A stretch of DNA of 63,667 bases, counting the filler, from Atractiella rhizophila (Eukaryota), in assembly GCA_021432655.1 (NCBI GenBank). It is 5 parts of 5 records of this genome, joined end to end, with 100 filler letters (N's around TTAATTAATTAA, not from the genome) between each part and the next. Parts side by side here need not be neighbours in the genome. Positions count along the whole stretch, not along the records: positions 24,465 to 48,583 come from MU271794.1; positions 48,684 to 54,861 come from MU271853.1; positions 54,962 to 62,564 come from MU271858.1; 2 more parts are not named here. One strand, given 5' to 3'. This document shows, one piece after another, positions 42,110 through 55,889 of the stretch (positions within the stretch are counted from its first letter, which is position 1; every line of letters begins with the position of its first letter). Position numbers and translations under genes: made by a program. Under the pieces are notes generated by a model. The model was not told the DNA's origin. It was given only the letters and a program-made list of their open reading frames with translations, and did not search any database.

Positions 42110-44701
42110 ATGGAGGGAAAGGAAAAGCTCGTGAACGGGAAGCAGCTCCTTAGTCCGCATACGTATGGGGCTCCTACCGTATGGCATGCTTTTCTGAGGG
42201 CACTGCAAGTGGGAGGAGGTGAGAGCTCCTTCTTTCACCTTTTCACATGCTTTACGCAAAATACATTCAGCGTTCGTAATGTCGCGACCTCCATAGGTTG
42301 AACATTTTGTCTCGTATCTGTTATTTATGACAGTCGTTGGTAACACATTCTGAATTGTTAATTGGGAGAGCCCATCGAAGTTGAGGTTAAAGAACGATTC
42401 AAACTTGTTTCTGCAACGCAAGCGTTCTCTTGCATCCAGAAAGTCTTGTTTATGATCTTTCTGAGATTTTGTAAGGCAACAAAAACACTTGACAAAAAGC
42501 TGTCCTTTGCGTCTCAAAGTCGTTCGAAAATGCCACGAAAAGGCCTCTTTCGTTAGTCCATCATGTGAAATGTCGGAAAAGGACTTGAGCAATTTCACTG
42601 AGTTAATCTGACTTTTAAAGACGCTGAGAGGCAGGGGAGAACTTGACTGTTAGAATGAAGCTCTTCTATGATAGTACTTGCATTGCGTCATTTTACCACC
42701 TCGCTTCTTAATGCTCTTTTGCTGATGCTCCTTGTTTACAGGTTCCAACCCTTGCATTGGTACTCGCACCCATAGCCCGACTGGAGGACGAGGTCCTTTT
42801 GAGTACCAAACATATGGAACAATTGATGCTCGAATGCAGTCATTCCTATCAGGTCTTCGCGTCCTCGGATACTGCAAGGGTCGAGGAGAGAAGGTTGGCC
42901 TGAGCGGGGAGAATAGTATTGAGTGGGTTGGTCCCTCTCAGTAGTTCGTTCCTGGAAAAACAGGCTGATGAGATACACAATGGGATAGGTGATAGCGTAC
43001 CTTGCAATCATACGGTCCGCAAACGTCCCCCTGGTCATTCCACCCACACATGGCTCTTCAGACATAGACCTTCCTCTCGACTTCCGCCTCCCACATCTCT
43101 ACATCATTCCCGTCCGAGCTCTCCACCGTTATACATCTCTCATCAGCTCGGAAACGCCGCCGACTTTCGTACTGATCGATGGAGACGCGTACGAGTTAGA
43201 CGAGGTCGCCTTTGACGTTGGCGCTGAAGCGAGGCTTTATACCTTCGGAGAAGTGGAACGATTGGGCAGGAATTGGGCTCTGAACTCTGGGGAGAAGATT
43301 GGAGAGGTGGAAAAACCAGGAGCGGAGGAGGTTGCTGAAGTTGCCTTCACGTGTGCAGAGGATGGGCAAGGTGACCCTCCTCCCTTCTCCTTCGTTGGCT
43401 GCAACCACTTACTGTTAAAATCAATCAGCTCTGAGAGCGGTCGAGTTAACGCATCGGCAGATAGCCGCCTCCATAGCGTCGTTACACACATTCTCTGCCG
43501 CTGGTCACTTTCTCCCCCTATCTCCATCTCAATCTTACCTCGTCCCTCTCCCGCTCTGGCACTTTTGGACAAGACACATTCTTCTCTTCGCCATGTATAC
43601 TGGCTCTTCCATTGCCCTCTCCAATCTCTCAATTCACGCCGGAGAGCTGCTTGAAGATCTGGAAAGCGCGAAACCGACTGTCCTGGTTACGATTGGTGGA
43701 GTGTTAGATGGATTGGTCGACAAGTCGGTTATTTTCGCATTTAATTTCGTGTCCTGCTGACCGCAACCCGATTGGATAGGTTGCAACAGCATCCCCCGAC
43801 CTCGCTTATTGCATCGACGCCCGACATTTTACAAACTGCCATCTCCCAGAAACTCTCTCTTCTCCATTCCTCTCCTTCTCAAGCACCACATTCAGTCATT
43901 TGGGACACTCTACTCTTCTCTCACTTTGCCTCTCTCACTGGCTCTCATCTCAAACATGTGATATCTTCCTCCTCGCCTTTGAAGAAGGAGACGAGGGAAA
44001 TGCTCGCTGTCATGCTTAGCGTGCAGACGTGGGACGTTTTTTGCGTTACTGGGGTTGGAGGTGTCATCAGCCTGAACGACAGAGTCGCGGATAGTGTGCA
44101 AGTGGAGATTTCGGAGAGTACTGGAGAAGTTAATGCAAGGAGCTGGGCAGGATGGTATTGCACCGGTGATAGGGGAGTATGGACTTCCAAACGGAAACTA
44201 CAGATTGTTGGCAGGTGAGTTCTTCCCGAATCTCATCTCTGAGAAATTATAATAAACTATGTCCGTGCCAGAACGAAGGAGCACTTCAAACCTTCCCTAT
44301 CTTTAACTTACATACATCCTCCCTCCCTCTCCGCACTCCTTTGCCAGGCTGAAGAACTTCCGGAAGTCCTCTCCCTCTTCATCCACGGCCATCCCTCTTC
44401 CTCTCACCTAACTGTGTACGCGCACCTAGATCGTGCCATCTTTTCCAAGTGGGCAGCTGAGAAGAATTTGGAAAAGCTGGGCCGAATGGTAGAGGGAGGG
44501 AAGTTGCTAGAATGGGTCGAAGGGGTGGAAGAAGCAAGGAAAGGAGAGTGGGAGGTCAGAGACGAGGAGGAGTGGACCGAATGGGAGGAACGGTGGTGTG
44601 AGAAAGTTAGGGACGTGGCCAGAGGGATGGGCTTTAGAGGAGCGCATATTCCGAGGAAAGCGAGGATAGGCTTTGAGGAACTACCAAAGGTTTCGGTTTG
44701 A
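42110..44701 (+). CDS. Long-chain acyl-CoA synthetase-like (AMP-binding fold) protein with degenerate catalytic motifs; 3' end approximate
   Basis: TVWHAFLRALQVGG-SNPCIGTR, FEYQTYG, KVGLSGENSIEW, LESAKPTVL, GWYCTGDRG, LQIVGRTKEHFK. Exon 1 joins in frame across intron 42219-42741. Confidence 0.75.
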
Positions 44702-45104
44702 CCTGGATTTGATTCAACTTATACATTGGTTTGTAGGTGAAGTTCGTTCTATCTAACTATCCAAGTACTGTCAGTCAGGGATGTTGTTATGCGGCCTTCC
44801 AGATTTCTTGTCTGTAGTGCCTATATCTCTAGATGTTGCGTTGTTTTTGGGTAGTGTAATACTGTCTTATACCTCATCGCTATATTGCTAATGATTGCTA
44901 TAGAGCCAATGAGCCAATCTGCAAACTCTGCGTAGTTAGTTCTACCTTTCGATGTTCGCTCAAGTTGAGGTTGTATGCCTTTGGAGTTAGGAAGTAGTTT
45001 GCCGAGAGTTAGTTACATGCACTCTCTAACAAGGGCATAGACTGTAATAAAAGCAAGAGCAAGAAACGGGTGATATTCCTGGGAAGTTTCAAGAGAGAAG
45101 TCTG

Positions 45105-45117
45105 TATATCACGTGAC
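45105..45117 (+). promoter_or_regulatory. Extended E-box TATATCACGTGAC
   Basis: About 230 nt upstream of ATG 45347; identical to 36968-36980. Confidence 0.45.
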
Positions 45118-45346
45118 CACTGTGATCAACGATGCGGCAACGTGGCCATTGGATAAGATTTGCCCTGCACTTTCACCAATACATACAAGCATCTACTTGA
45201 ACGACGATTTACACATTTACACGACCAGTGTTCAAGCTCTCTGAGCACGATTACGAAGAATTGACTCAGTAACCGCAGGAGAGGCACTTAATACTTTACT
45301 CCTCCAGAACTACAGTTGCGCCTAATCGAATCGTCATCGCAAGGCC

Positions 45347-47826
45347 ATGACATTGCTCCTTCCCACCGTCTTCCTCCTGCTCTTTCGCCTCATCTCCTTT
45401 CTCGCCAGCAAAAAATGGCTTTCCCGGTCACTATCGCGTACTTCTATCCATGTGACCTCAAACGCTTCGTCTGGACTGCCCTCGCCATCCATAGCCAAAC
45501 GAGAAGGTGAAGAAGGAAGGTGGAACGTCAGCGAAGTCGTCTTTTGCTTGAGCTTTTCCGAGTGCTCAATACTGTTGGGATTGGTTGTGGCAGGTGAATT
45601 AATTGACGAAAGGTTCGTGGTTTCAATCCCATTCACTCCAGCGATTATGCGAGTGAAAGTGCCATTTACCGTGTAGTTATGCCCCATTGGATCATGTCCC
45701 GTGCTTGTCATAAAAGGTGCTACCATGTTCTATCTAAATATTGCGAAACCTTCAGAGACATGGACAGATCGATTCTCTTTGAATCTGAGCGATTTCTCAA
45801 GTAGGAGACGATGCTGTTTAAAGCTGTTCGTAAATTTGGCTAAGCTATTCTCACGGTAGAAGCCGAATTATTAGACAGCGCCGTTGAAAATCTATGACCC
45901 GGCTTTAATTAGCCTCGTATGCTGAGCGTTGTGAGAAGCATGGAAGAAGGAAGAAGGCGAGATCTCGTTCAACGTCTCTATGTGAGCGTTTCGGTATCTG
46001 AAGTTAATGTTAAGAAGGCGTGGTGCACTATTAGTGTTTGAGTACTCTTCAACATTCATCCTTACTTTTACAATGCATCAATATTTTTGGCTGGTTATCA
46101 TGCATTTGAACGATTTTGTATTCTCATTGCTGGTGTGAATTTCTTTTGCCTATTCCCGACATGAACTAGACTCTAATGTTTCTGTGATACAGTGCGCGAG
46201 ACCTAAACTGGATGCTCTCTCTTGCCCTACTGATATTTCTCATCGTTCTGCTCGCGCCCTTCCTTCATTGTCTTCTCCTCACATCACCAAGTTTGTACCA
46301 TATCTTACTCAAGTCTTCGCTAATGCGAAGCTAGCATCAACAACATTCCGGTCGCTGTTATATTCCGCAGTGCCATACGGATTCTACCTCTTCCTTTTCT
46401 ACCGATTTGGTGAATATATTTCAACAGCAATATTCACCATCGATCCCTCTACATCGGAAAATCTTGCTTCTCACGCAGACCGGATACATGGTAATAAATC
46501 TCTCTCTTCCTTCGCAACTCCCTGGTCCGACCACATGTTGTGGACTAGATTTTATTACCCCAACTCTAACGCGCCTTCTCGTACCCGGCGTCATCATCAT
46601 CTCCTCACTCTCAGGCCTGGGAGCTATCAACACGATATGGGACGAGTGGGAGCTGAGGCGACACTCTCGGTAACTCTTGGTCCTCCTTACTTCCAAAAAT
46701 GATGATAGATTATGAATGGAACAGGCAACCAGTCACTGACGCTCACATCATGTCTGCTCAACGTGCTCTTCAGAGAGCAAAAGAAGATGTAGAGAAGAGA
46801 GAGAGGGAGTTGGGGGCGGTCACTCGTGAAGTAAGTCCGGTCTGATTCCCGCGATGTATATTCCACTGAGTTCCTCCTGCATGTAGATTCAAGAACGTGG
46901 CAACTCTTCAAAGGGATTCTTTGGACGTCTCCTAACATCCGATACCCAGGTTGCCCGTTCGTTATTTCCCTCTGAGAACCTGATTAGGTTCTCAAAAAAC
47001 CGTTGATTGGTAGGCCAATCCTCGATAACCCTTCAGCTTTCAGCGATGCGAGAACTAGAGGCCCAACTAGAAACAGACCTCATGATGCTCCAGGCGAGGA
47101 AGAAGAGGCTCGAAGATGCGAAAACATTGCAAGGTCTTTTCTGGAGCATTGTGGTAAGAGGGCTAGAGGGTTGGTGTGTCTACCGGGTCATAGTGGTATG
47201 GCCCATCGTCTGCTCATTTGGCCAGTCTTCTAATGAACTGGCATACAGTCAATCCTCAATCTACTCTTTGGATATACCGTGGCTCCCTCCTCACCATCCA
47301 ACGCAACGGCGGGTCAGAGCGACTTTACAACTAGGATCCTTTCACGTTTTCTTCCCGAAGACTTCCCACTACATTTCTATGCGCGTTTGTTGGGTTCGAT
47401 AATGGTAGGAAGCATCCTCATAGCTTCGTTACGGAACGTAGTGCGAGGCGTTGAAGGGGTGTTTGAATGGCTTATACGCCGTACAACTACATCTTCTACA
47501 TCTGCGGGAAAGGGTAGAGGAAGGAGAGGAAAGGAATTCGTCCTCCTCGCTCTGAGTCAGGTCATGGTGCGTTGCCTCATCGATTTTATGCAAACTGATG
47601 ATCTGCGAAGGCGATCTATCTCCTGACTTCCCTCGTTTCGCTCCCACTCCCTCCTGATTCTAATGAAGAAGAATCTTCATCCATCGACCTTCTCAAGACT
47701 CTTCCCTCGTTCAAAATCTACTCCAAACTGTTCGATGCCATCTTTCTCATCAGCGCTGTCGGGGGTTTGGTATGGCGGTGGGGACGTGGCAGGGTTGAGG
47801 GGAGAGAAGCCATGGAGCTAATGTAA
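45347..47826 (+). CDS. GPR89/Golgi pH regulator (ABA-GPCR-like) multi-pass membrane protein
   Basis: VFCLSFSEC, NWMLSL, RLLVPGVIIISSLSGLGAI, central coiled coil, YSKLFDAIFLISA. Stop 47824-47826. Confidence 0.82.
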
Positions 47827-48507
47827 AACTTTCTGATAGAATCCACACCGGTTTCATCCAAGCTGCCCTATGCATGACGGGAGGAAGAGCCGAAGATCCG
47901 TTGAGGACGGGAGCCAAAGCGATAAAGTGATACACTTGTGCACGGAAGGCACGACATCCTGGACGACTCGATTCGTGATTTGCCACTCACATGCCTTCAC
48001 ATACCATGCTGAGGTTCCTTGCAGGGATTGGATGTGCTGTGGACAAGACAATGATCTATGAAGGAAAGGACACAAGATCAAACCACGACAATCTGCCTTG
48101 AGTTGGAATCTCGAATTCGGAATCACTGATAACTGCGTATCACTGCGCGATCAATTTTCTCGTGAAGGTGTTTGAGTGCCAAGGAGACCCAGATACCTAA
48201 AATGCACCATATTTGGATGCTATCACCAAATTTAGATACGGTAATCGAATCCTGGAAGAGGGGACGATAAGAACCAACCGGAGGGACATGGGGAACTATC
48301 CTGACGCAAGCAGGAGGTACGGTCGTAAGGCATGAGATGGTGCTAGTTAGTGTATACGAGAAGTAATGCCAACAGCATGGTCATCAATTTAATGACCCTG
48401 GAGAGTGCCAGTCCAAAAGGTATAAAAGCCAGGAAGAAGAGCTAGGGGATCATCAGCCATCCGTCAATCGTTTCAGGTCCGCTGCAATCCTCTCGAGATA
48501 GTCAAAA

Positions 48508-48583
48508 TGCTCTCCAAGATCGTCACCGTCCTCGCTTTCGCTTCTGCTGCTTTCGCTGCCCCCTCCGGCAACACCTCCGGACT
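48508..48583 (+). CDS. 5' end of a secreted protein, truncated by contig linker
   Basis: MLSKIVTVLAFASAAFAAPSG signal peptide; TATAAAA at 48421. Confidence 0.65.
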
Positions 48584-48683
48584 NNNNNNNNNNNNNNNNN
48601 NNNNNNNNNNNNNNNNNNNNNNNNNNNTTAATTAATTAANNNNNNNNNNNNNNNNNNNNNNNNNNNNNNNNNNNNNNNNNNNN
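48584..48683. other. Artificial contig linker
   Basis: N-TTAATTAATTAA-N. Confidence 0.97.
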
Positions 48684-49373
48684 ATAAGAACCCCGAATCT
48701 GTTGGCTGGGACAGTTTCACAATTGCTCATACAGCGCAAACCTGCCCTCGTGACGTTTCTGGAACAGATGATGACCATAGGTATGTTGCAGTCATGAGGA
48801 GCCTGAGTGGGAAAACTAATAATAAAATATGGAATGTTCAGATCATAGAGATGTAGATGACGACGTGAGGTCAAAGCGCCAGCGGCCATCTTTGCTTTTT
48901 GCTTCGAACTTTCTGCATAACGTTGCCTTTTAACGTTTGAACCTATACATGCTGGTGTAGAAGGAACTGATGAGGCCATATCGAATTACCCTGGCGAGGT
49001 TGCTTCCACGTAGGTAGCGTTTGAAACCTGCCTAGTCGCTGGCAATATCAATCTGAAGAGGAAAGTTCAGCTAGACTGCCAAAGGTAGACTTTTCCTCCA
49101 CCGCAACATTTCTTCCAAAACATCACTGTCTTGATTACATGTATCCTGGCCTAGATTTTGGCATGACCAATGTTACCACGTGGCTTCAAAATCGTTCAAC
49201 CGTGTTCGTGTTACTGCTTCTTCCACTTGCGGGGTCCCCGCTATTTTTGTCACCGTCCAAACGATTTTACCGCCTTGTTGTTGATGAGAGGGAGCACTCT
49301 ATGAGCAATGATATAAGAGCACCACTTCTGATGGTTGTACCCTAGCAGCTTAGGAACAATAACTGCCTTCGCG

Positions 49374-52017
49374 ATGATCTGGGGAATCTTGCAGCCCAAA
49401 GCTGAGAATGTACCAGGTGGGCTTCCCAAGCTCTCTGTCTATCTGGTTAATGAGATTGCATTGGACTGTTAGGAACTGCTTTGCTCGACGAGGTCGCGAA
49501 GGAGAAGACCCAGTACGATGGCGCTGATACATCTCACCTGAAGAAAGATAGGGATGGGAGGACGGTGCTTGTTCCTCAACCTAGTGACGAGTGAGTCTAT
49601 CTCCTAATAAATTATGGAATTTCCACGTTAACGTTGTGATAGCCCCCGAGAGTATGTTTCATTCTCTATGTATCATGATAATTAACGTTCACAACAGTCC
49701 TCTCAATTGGCCAATTCTCAAGCGCGAGCTCTGTTTCTGGACTCTATGCTTCGTAAGACTTGCTTCTTTATTGATGTCCCATCAACTTATTTGTTTACAG
49801 GAAGCTGGTCTTGTTGGAGCGATTGGACGTCAGCTTCTCTGATTTTACCTTACGATTTTTCGCTGACACATTGTACTTCAGCCCTGATCTCGAACGGTTA
49901 CGCCGACATTGCCTTGGAGCTCGGCACATCAGTCAACGCTGTAGCTTCGTCCAATGGATGGACACTCATAGGATTGGGAGTCGCCATGTTCTTCCAGAGC
50001 TCCATTGGTCAGTTCTCCTGCTCTCTCGTCGACATCTCAGAACTCAATTCCAATTTGAAGCTGTCAAATTCGGAAGGCGCCCAGTATTTATTTTGGGTGC
50101 CTTGATGCTTTTTTTCTTCTCCATCTGGTCTGGCGTCGCGAAGAACAATACGTCCTTCACTGTTTCCAGAGGTGAGTCTAACTCTATGGGCTCTTCGCTT
50201 CACTTTCCAACCCTTCTGCAGCTCTGCAGGGTTGCGGTATGGCTCCGTACGAAGCTTTGGCAACCGCCACAATCGGTGACCTTTATTTTGTTCATCAGCG
50301 GTCCGATTTTCTTCCACTGTCATATCCTTCGCTAATTGCAGCTCAGTGGTCTGCGTATAACGATTTGGGGATTCGCTATTATCGGTAAGGTCGGTGTTTG
50401 CGCTGTGAAAGTCGTTCAATCGTCCTGTGTTAGGCGGGATTTCGCTCGCACCAATCATTAACGGAAAGGTGATTCTCACTGAACTTTCACCACTAACTCT
50501 AACTTTCGATCCCAGGTTATCACCTCCGATCTTGGCTGGAAATGGGTACGAAATACTCTCTAAACCTGTTTAATCTCTAAACTAAAACATGGTGACAGTG
50601 TTTCTGGCTAATTGCAATCTTCTACGGCGTTGCCGCAATCATGGTGATCCTGTTCATGCCTGAAACGGTATACGATCGGGAAGAGAAATACGAGACAGAT
50701 TCTGGTGCCGATGCTGCAGCATTAGACAGGACGATTGCTCATGCTCACCCAGCTGGTGGGTCACGACGTCTGAAATACCAAACCTGTCGGTTAATAAGCG
50801 CATGTAGATCGTTCAACAACTCCTTCCCAAGCGGACGAGAAGAATGAGAAAGAAATCGGGCAGATCGAACGAGCTGAAACTTCAACAAGAACCTATCTCC
50901 CTGCGAAAACGTTTTGGGAAGAGTTGCGGCCATGGAGTGGATATTACAAAGACACGCCATTCTGGCAAATGTTCTTCAGGCCTTTCCCCGTGGCTTTGAG
51001 CCCTGTCGTACGCATTTCAGCTGATTTGCTTACGCGTTTTGTACAAACTTAGCTCGCTTAACTGGTATTCAGGTTATTTGCGGTTTTTTTGTATATGGAA
51101 TGACGACAGCCTGGATTGTAGCGCTTGTGCGTTCCCTTTTTTCCATCATCCTGCTACCGGCTCAACTGTAGAAAAGAGTGTCGCCAGCTCAATCATTTTC
51201 GGAGGCCCGCCGCTGAATTTCTCTGCTGAAGGCGTTGGATACATGTCAATCGGTCTGTCTAGTTCACCTTGGATTTTTCGATGTTTCCCTGATCGCTCGT
51301 CAGGTCCTTTCATTGCCTCTATTCTCGGCGCGTTTGTGACGGGATATCTCCTGGATGAAGCTTCGAAGTGGCTCGCAAGGAAAAACAACGGCGTGTTCGA
51401 GCCTGAATTTCGCAAGTTTCGGAACACTCGTCACTAAACATGTGCTGAAACTTGCTACAGGATTGATCCTCATCCTCCCTGCAACCCTTATCTGCCTTGC
51501 TGGATTCTTGGGATGGTATGGAATGATCGGAAAGGTTGATTCGTGGGTTGGACCAGAATTCATGTACTCCATCATCTACTTCGGAAATGGCCTTGCGTCG
51601 ACTGCGATTGTCTCGTATATCATCGATGTTCATCGAAAGATGGCTCCAGAGGCATTTACGATCATCAATTTCGTCAAGGTGGGTCTGTCCTGAACCTCTG
51701 TACGTCCTTGCTAATGTGTGAACAGAACATGATTATTTATGGCTTCACTCAATTCGTGTAAGCTGTTTCCCATTAGCTCACGTCACCTTCTGAGTATGTG
51801 AAACAGAGCGAACTGGGTTATTGATTGGGGTTTGAAGAAGATCTTTGGATTCTTGGCTGGTATGCCCCTTTGCCGACTCATTTAAACTAGGCTCAGCTCT
51901 TTCTCAGGTGTATTCACGCTTTGCCTCTTGTTCGCACTCCCACTCTGGGTTTTCGGCAAGCATATTAGGTTGTGGATCTCTCGCCATCCTGAACTCTTTA
52001 CGGAGAAACCACTTTGA
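49374..52017 (+). CDS. MFS transporter, HOL1-like
   Basis: VLVPQPSD...PLNWP, KFGRRPVF motif A, TIGDLYFVHQRG, LGWKW, FMPETVYDR, NNGVFEPEFRL. Many micro-exons. Confidence 0.9.
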
Positions 52018-52212
52018 TCTCTTGGTTGAACGTGGGATATGAAGTTGATGATCACGGCGCACAGTTACATCCACATTTTGTACTTTGCCACTGCATTCCA
52101 GTTAGGCTATGAAGGATCTCTAATGATGATGTCGGTTATACAGCTGCCATACTTCTTTCCATGGGTTACAGAAGCTGTGTCTTTGACTGGGATCACGCAA
52201 CCACGCGAGGTG

Positions 52213-53593
52213 TTACCACCAGATAAGGTACAATGCCATCTGCAGCCCAAATGAGCGATTGAGGGATGCTGAGAAGGAACTTGTACCTTTGTGCATGCTA
52301 TCGAGCTCTCCACCCGTTTTCAAAGCGTGTGCCTCTAATCTTTGCAATTCTTCCTTCAACCTTGCGTCCTTTCCCGCTCTGGTATGGGGAATGAACCTCT
52401 TCCGTGGCGTTGTTCGTTTCCATTCTGGTAATGACGTCCTGCCAAGATCCTTCAGAATTTTCTGCTCCAGCAATGACTGTCGAAGTAGATGTAATTGTCA
52501 ACCAGAGTAATCCTTAGAAGAAGGCGACAGAACGAACGTAATCATCCCAATTCTCTCGGTTCAGATTAAAAGGTTCCTTCAGGACGATGGGAGGATTGGT
52601 AATGAATCTTGGAACTCGTAAGTAGTTTTTGGATGCTGAGTGTGGCATGAATGGATGGAAGAGGATGCAATCTCCTGCTTTTCCGTGCATCTGTCCTTGG
52701 GATTAATATTTCACTTGGATATTGCGAAAAGATACAGACCTCTTCAAAGTCAGTAACAGCTCCAATATTGCAAACCGAACGACTCCCAAGTTCATCTTCG
52801 GGCCATCCGTCGCTTCCTAGGCAGTGTTAATTCTGTGCAGGGAATTAAAGGCAAACGTACCTTCTGGGTGGTCATATAGCCATTTAACGACATGCTTCAT
52901 TGCTTCGGGAGATACCCACGTCCCACCTCCTCGTGGAACGACGTCGTTGTAGAAAACGATAACCGTCATCGCTCCGTCTCCTGAATCAAGGTGATGTGTA
53001 AACCTGTACGCAATGTTGATCATCTGCGAGAATAGGACAAGTATGCAGCGTACCAATCGCCATCTATATGCCAGTTCCTGGTGTTTCTCGGATGCACTTC
53101 TTCCTGAAGGTGCAATATATCAATAAAGGACAGTCAGAAGAGACTGCGTACGTCATTATCAGTTGGATCTCCAAGATTGCAGATAAGAGAGTCGGTGACC
53201 ATGGAAAAGAGACTCTGGTCAATCTTATCCTCCCCGCCACATAGCTCACCTGTATCGTTGTCAGTGAGCAAAGAAGGTGACGAGAGCTCAGCGTACAAGC
53301 AGCTGCCCAAGCCTTCGGAGCGAATTGTTTCATTGGCATTTGTTTATGAGCAGGTAAATGGATCTGTTCTTTATTCATTACGTTCATGGTACCATTGGCA
53401 GGGAAGAGCGCAAACCAACCCTCTCTTGAGTCCAGGTGGACTTGTCATTAGGATCCATGTTGAGACGAATCCAAACATCCTTCGTCCACCGTTCAATGTG
53501 CTCTTTCGGCACAGCGCTTTCAATCTTCACCCATCCGCGTTCCATCCATTGTGCCCTTTGCTGTGGCGTCAGCACTTTGAATTCTTGAGGCAT
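52213..53593 (-). CDS. Phytanoyl-CoA dioxygenase (PhyH)-like 2OG-Fe(II) protein
   Basis: ERGWVKIE, WHIDGDWFTHHLDS (HxD), PRGGGT, GDCILFHPFMPHSASKN. 3' end approximate. Confidence 0.8.
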
Positions 53594-54279
53594 CTTTCTT
53601 ATTCGAGCCCTATGGGAGGTCAAGGTCAGGCGAAAGGATAATATGTCGCCTGGAATTTGAATTTGCGCGTGGGGAAGAAGATCTCATCCCAGCATCATCA
53701 TCTGCGAACCAGGAAGTGGGGTAGCTTGCAAAGGAAGATTGCGGTGAAATCACGGCAGATATAGTGACCAGACGGCCAGGTCTTTACCTCGCACAACGCA
53801 TCCACCCGTTGTATTGTTAAGTGTTTCGTCCGTTGTGTATAGGAGACATAGCAGTAATATCGTCTCACAACGACGATAGGAAGTCCCCCAATCTTGCAGA
53901 CAAGGGTAACATTCAGACAATATTGGCCTTAACTAAGAACAGGAAGTGATGTTTGATATTAATTTAAATGAATGATTAATAATTTGGAGCATAGCGGCGC
54001 TAGTACAAGTCATTTGAAGGGACGGCTCACGGCTCGATAAAAGTGGGAAGTTCAAGTGACCAACAGAAATACACCTTCAGGATAAAGTGCAACAGATGAC
54101 TGATTTTCAGGCCCTTGCTTTTACTTCTCGAGATTGATGTGGCAATGTTAACCGCAAGGAAAGACCATTTCCCAAGCCTGAAAAGCCCTCTCACGCAGAC
54201 TGGAAGTGGGAGATCTAGGAACAAATTGCAACTAAACAGAAGAAACTAATCGAGTTGAAAGCAGTGAGACAGTCGCCAA

Positions 54280-54861
54280 TCAGAAATATACTGCATCACA
54301 TCCAAAACAGCTTCTACAGGAGCAGGAATGAGCGACATACGCGCAGGACCTGGAATACGGTAGACATAAATACAGATGCGCGTTTATCGCTATTGAGCAA
54401 TGCGGTAGACGTTCGTCTCCAGTGCAGACCTTCAGAGTCGTACCCCGCTCAATCTCGTTCATATCAACCCGGGAAAGGTGCTCATGAGGCAGATCGTTGA
54501 ATAGCTAATTAGCAATCGACAAACCTCGTTCATTTCAGTTTCTACTGACCTCCCAACGGCTTCTGTCGAACCACTCCGACCACTTCCATACTGAATTTGT
54601 TACTCCTAAGTATAGCTAATTAATCCTGGCCCAAGCCCTGCCAGCTTCCTGAAGGAGTTGATCAACCTGAAGGAGAGTAAAGTAGCAAGAAAGAAGAGAA
54701 GGAGTGGATTGACCTTTCCCGACCGCCATTACATTCCGCTGTAAAAACGGACGAGTCCTGGAGGGTCCTCGCTTTGGCTTGCCTCAACCGCCACCACAAG
54801 TTGACGTGGTTTTTCTCGTGCGAACTCTCTCTCAGTGAACACGAGCACAGCCCCACAAAGG
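54280..54861 (-). pseudogene. Possible decayed gene fragment
   Basis: Exon-like segments separated by short GT-AG introns, with an in-frame stop near 54620. No family recognised. Confidence 0.2.
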
Positions 54862-54961
54862 NNNNNNNNNNNNNNNNNNNNNNNNNNNNNNNNNNNNNNN
54901 NNNNNTTAATTAATTAANNNNNNNNNNNNNNNNNNNNNNNNNNNNNNNNNNNNNNNNNNNN
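54862..54961. other. Artificial contig linker
   Basis: N-TTAATTAATTAA-N. Confidence 0.97.
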
Positions 54962-55864
<903 letters not shown>

Positions 55865-55889
55865 CTACCAATGAGAACATTGGGACTGA

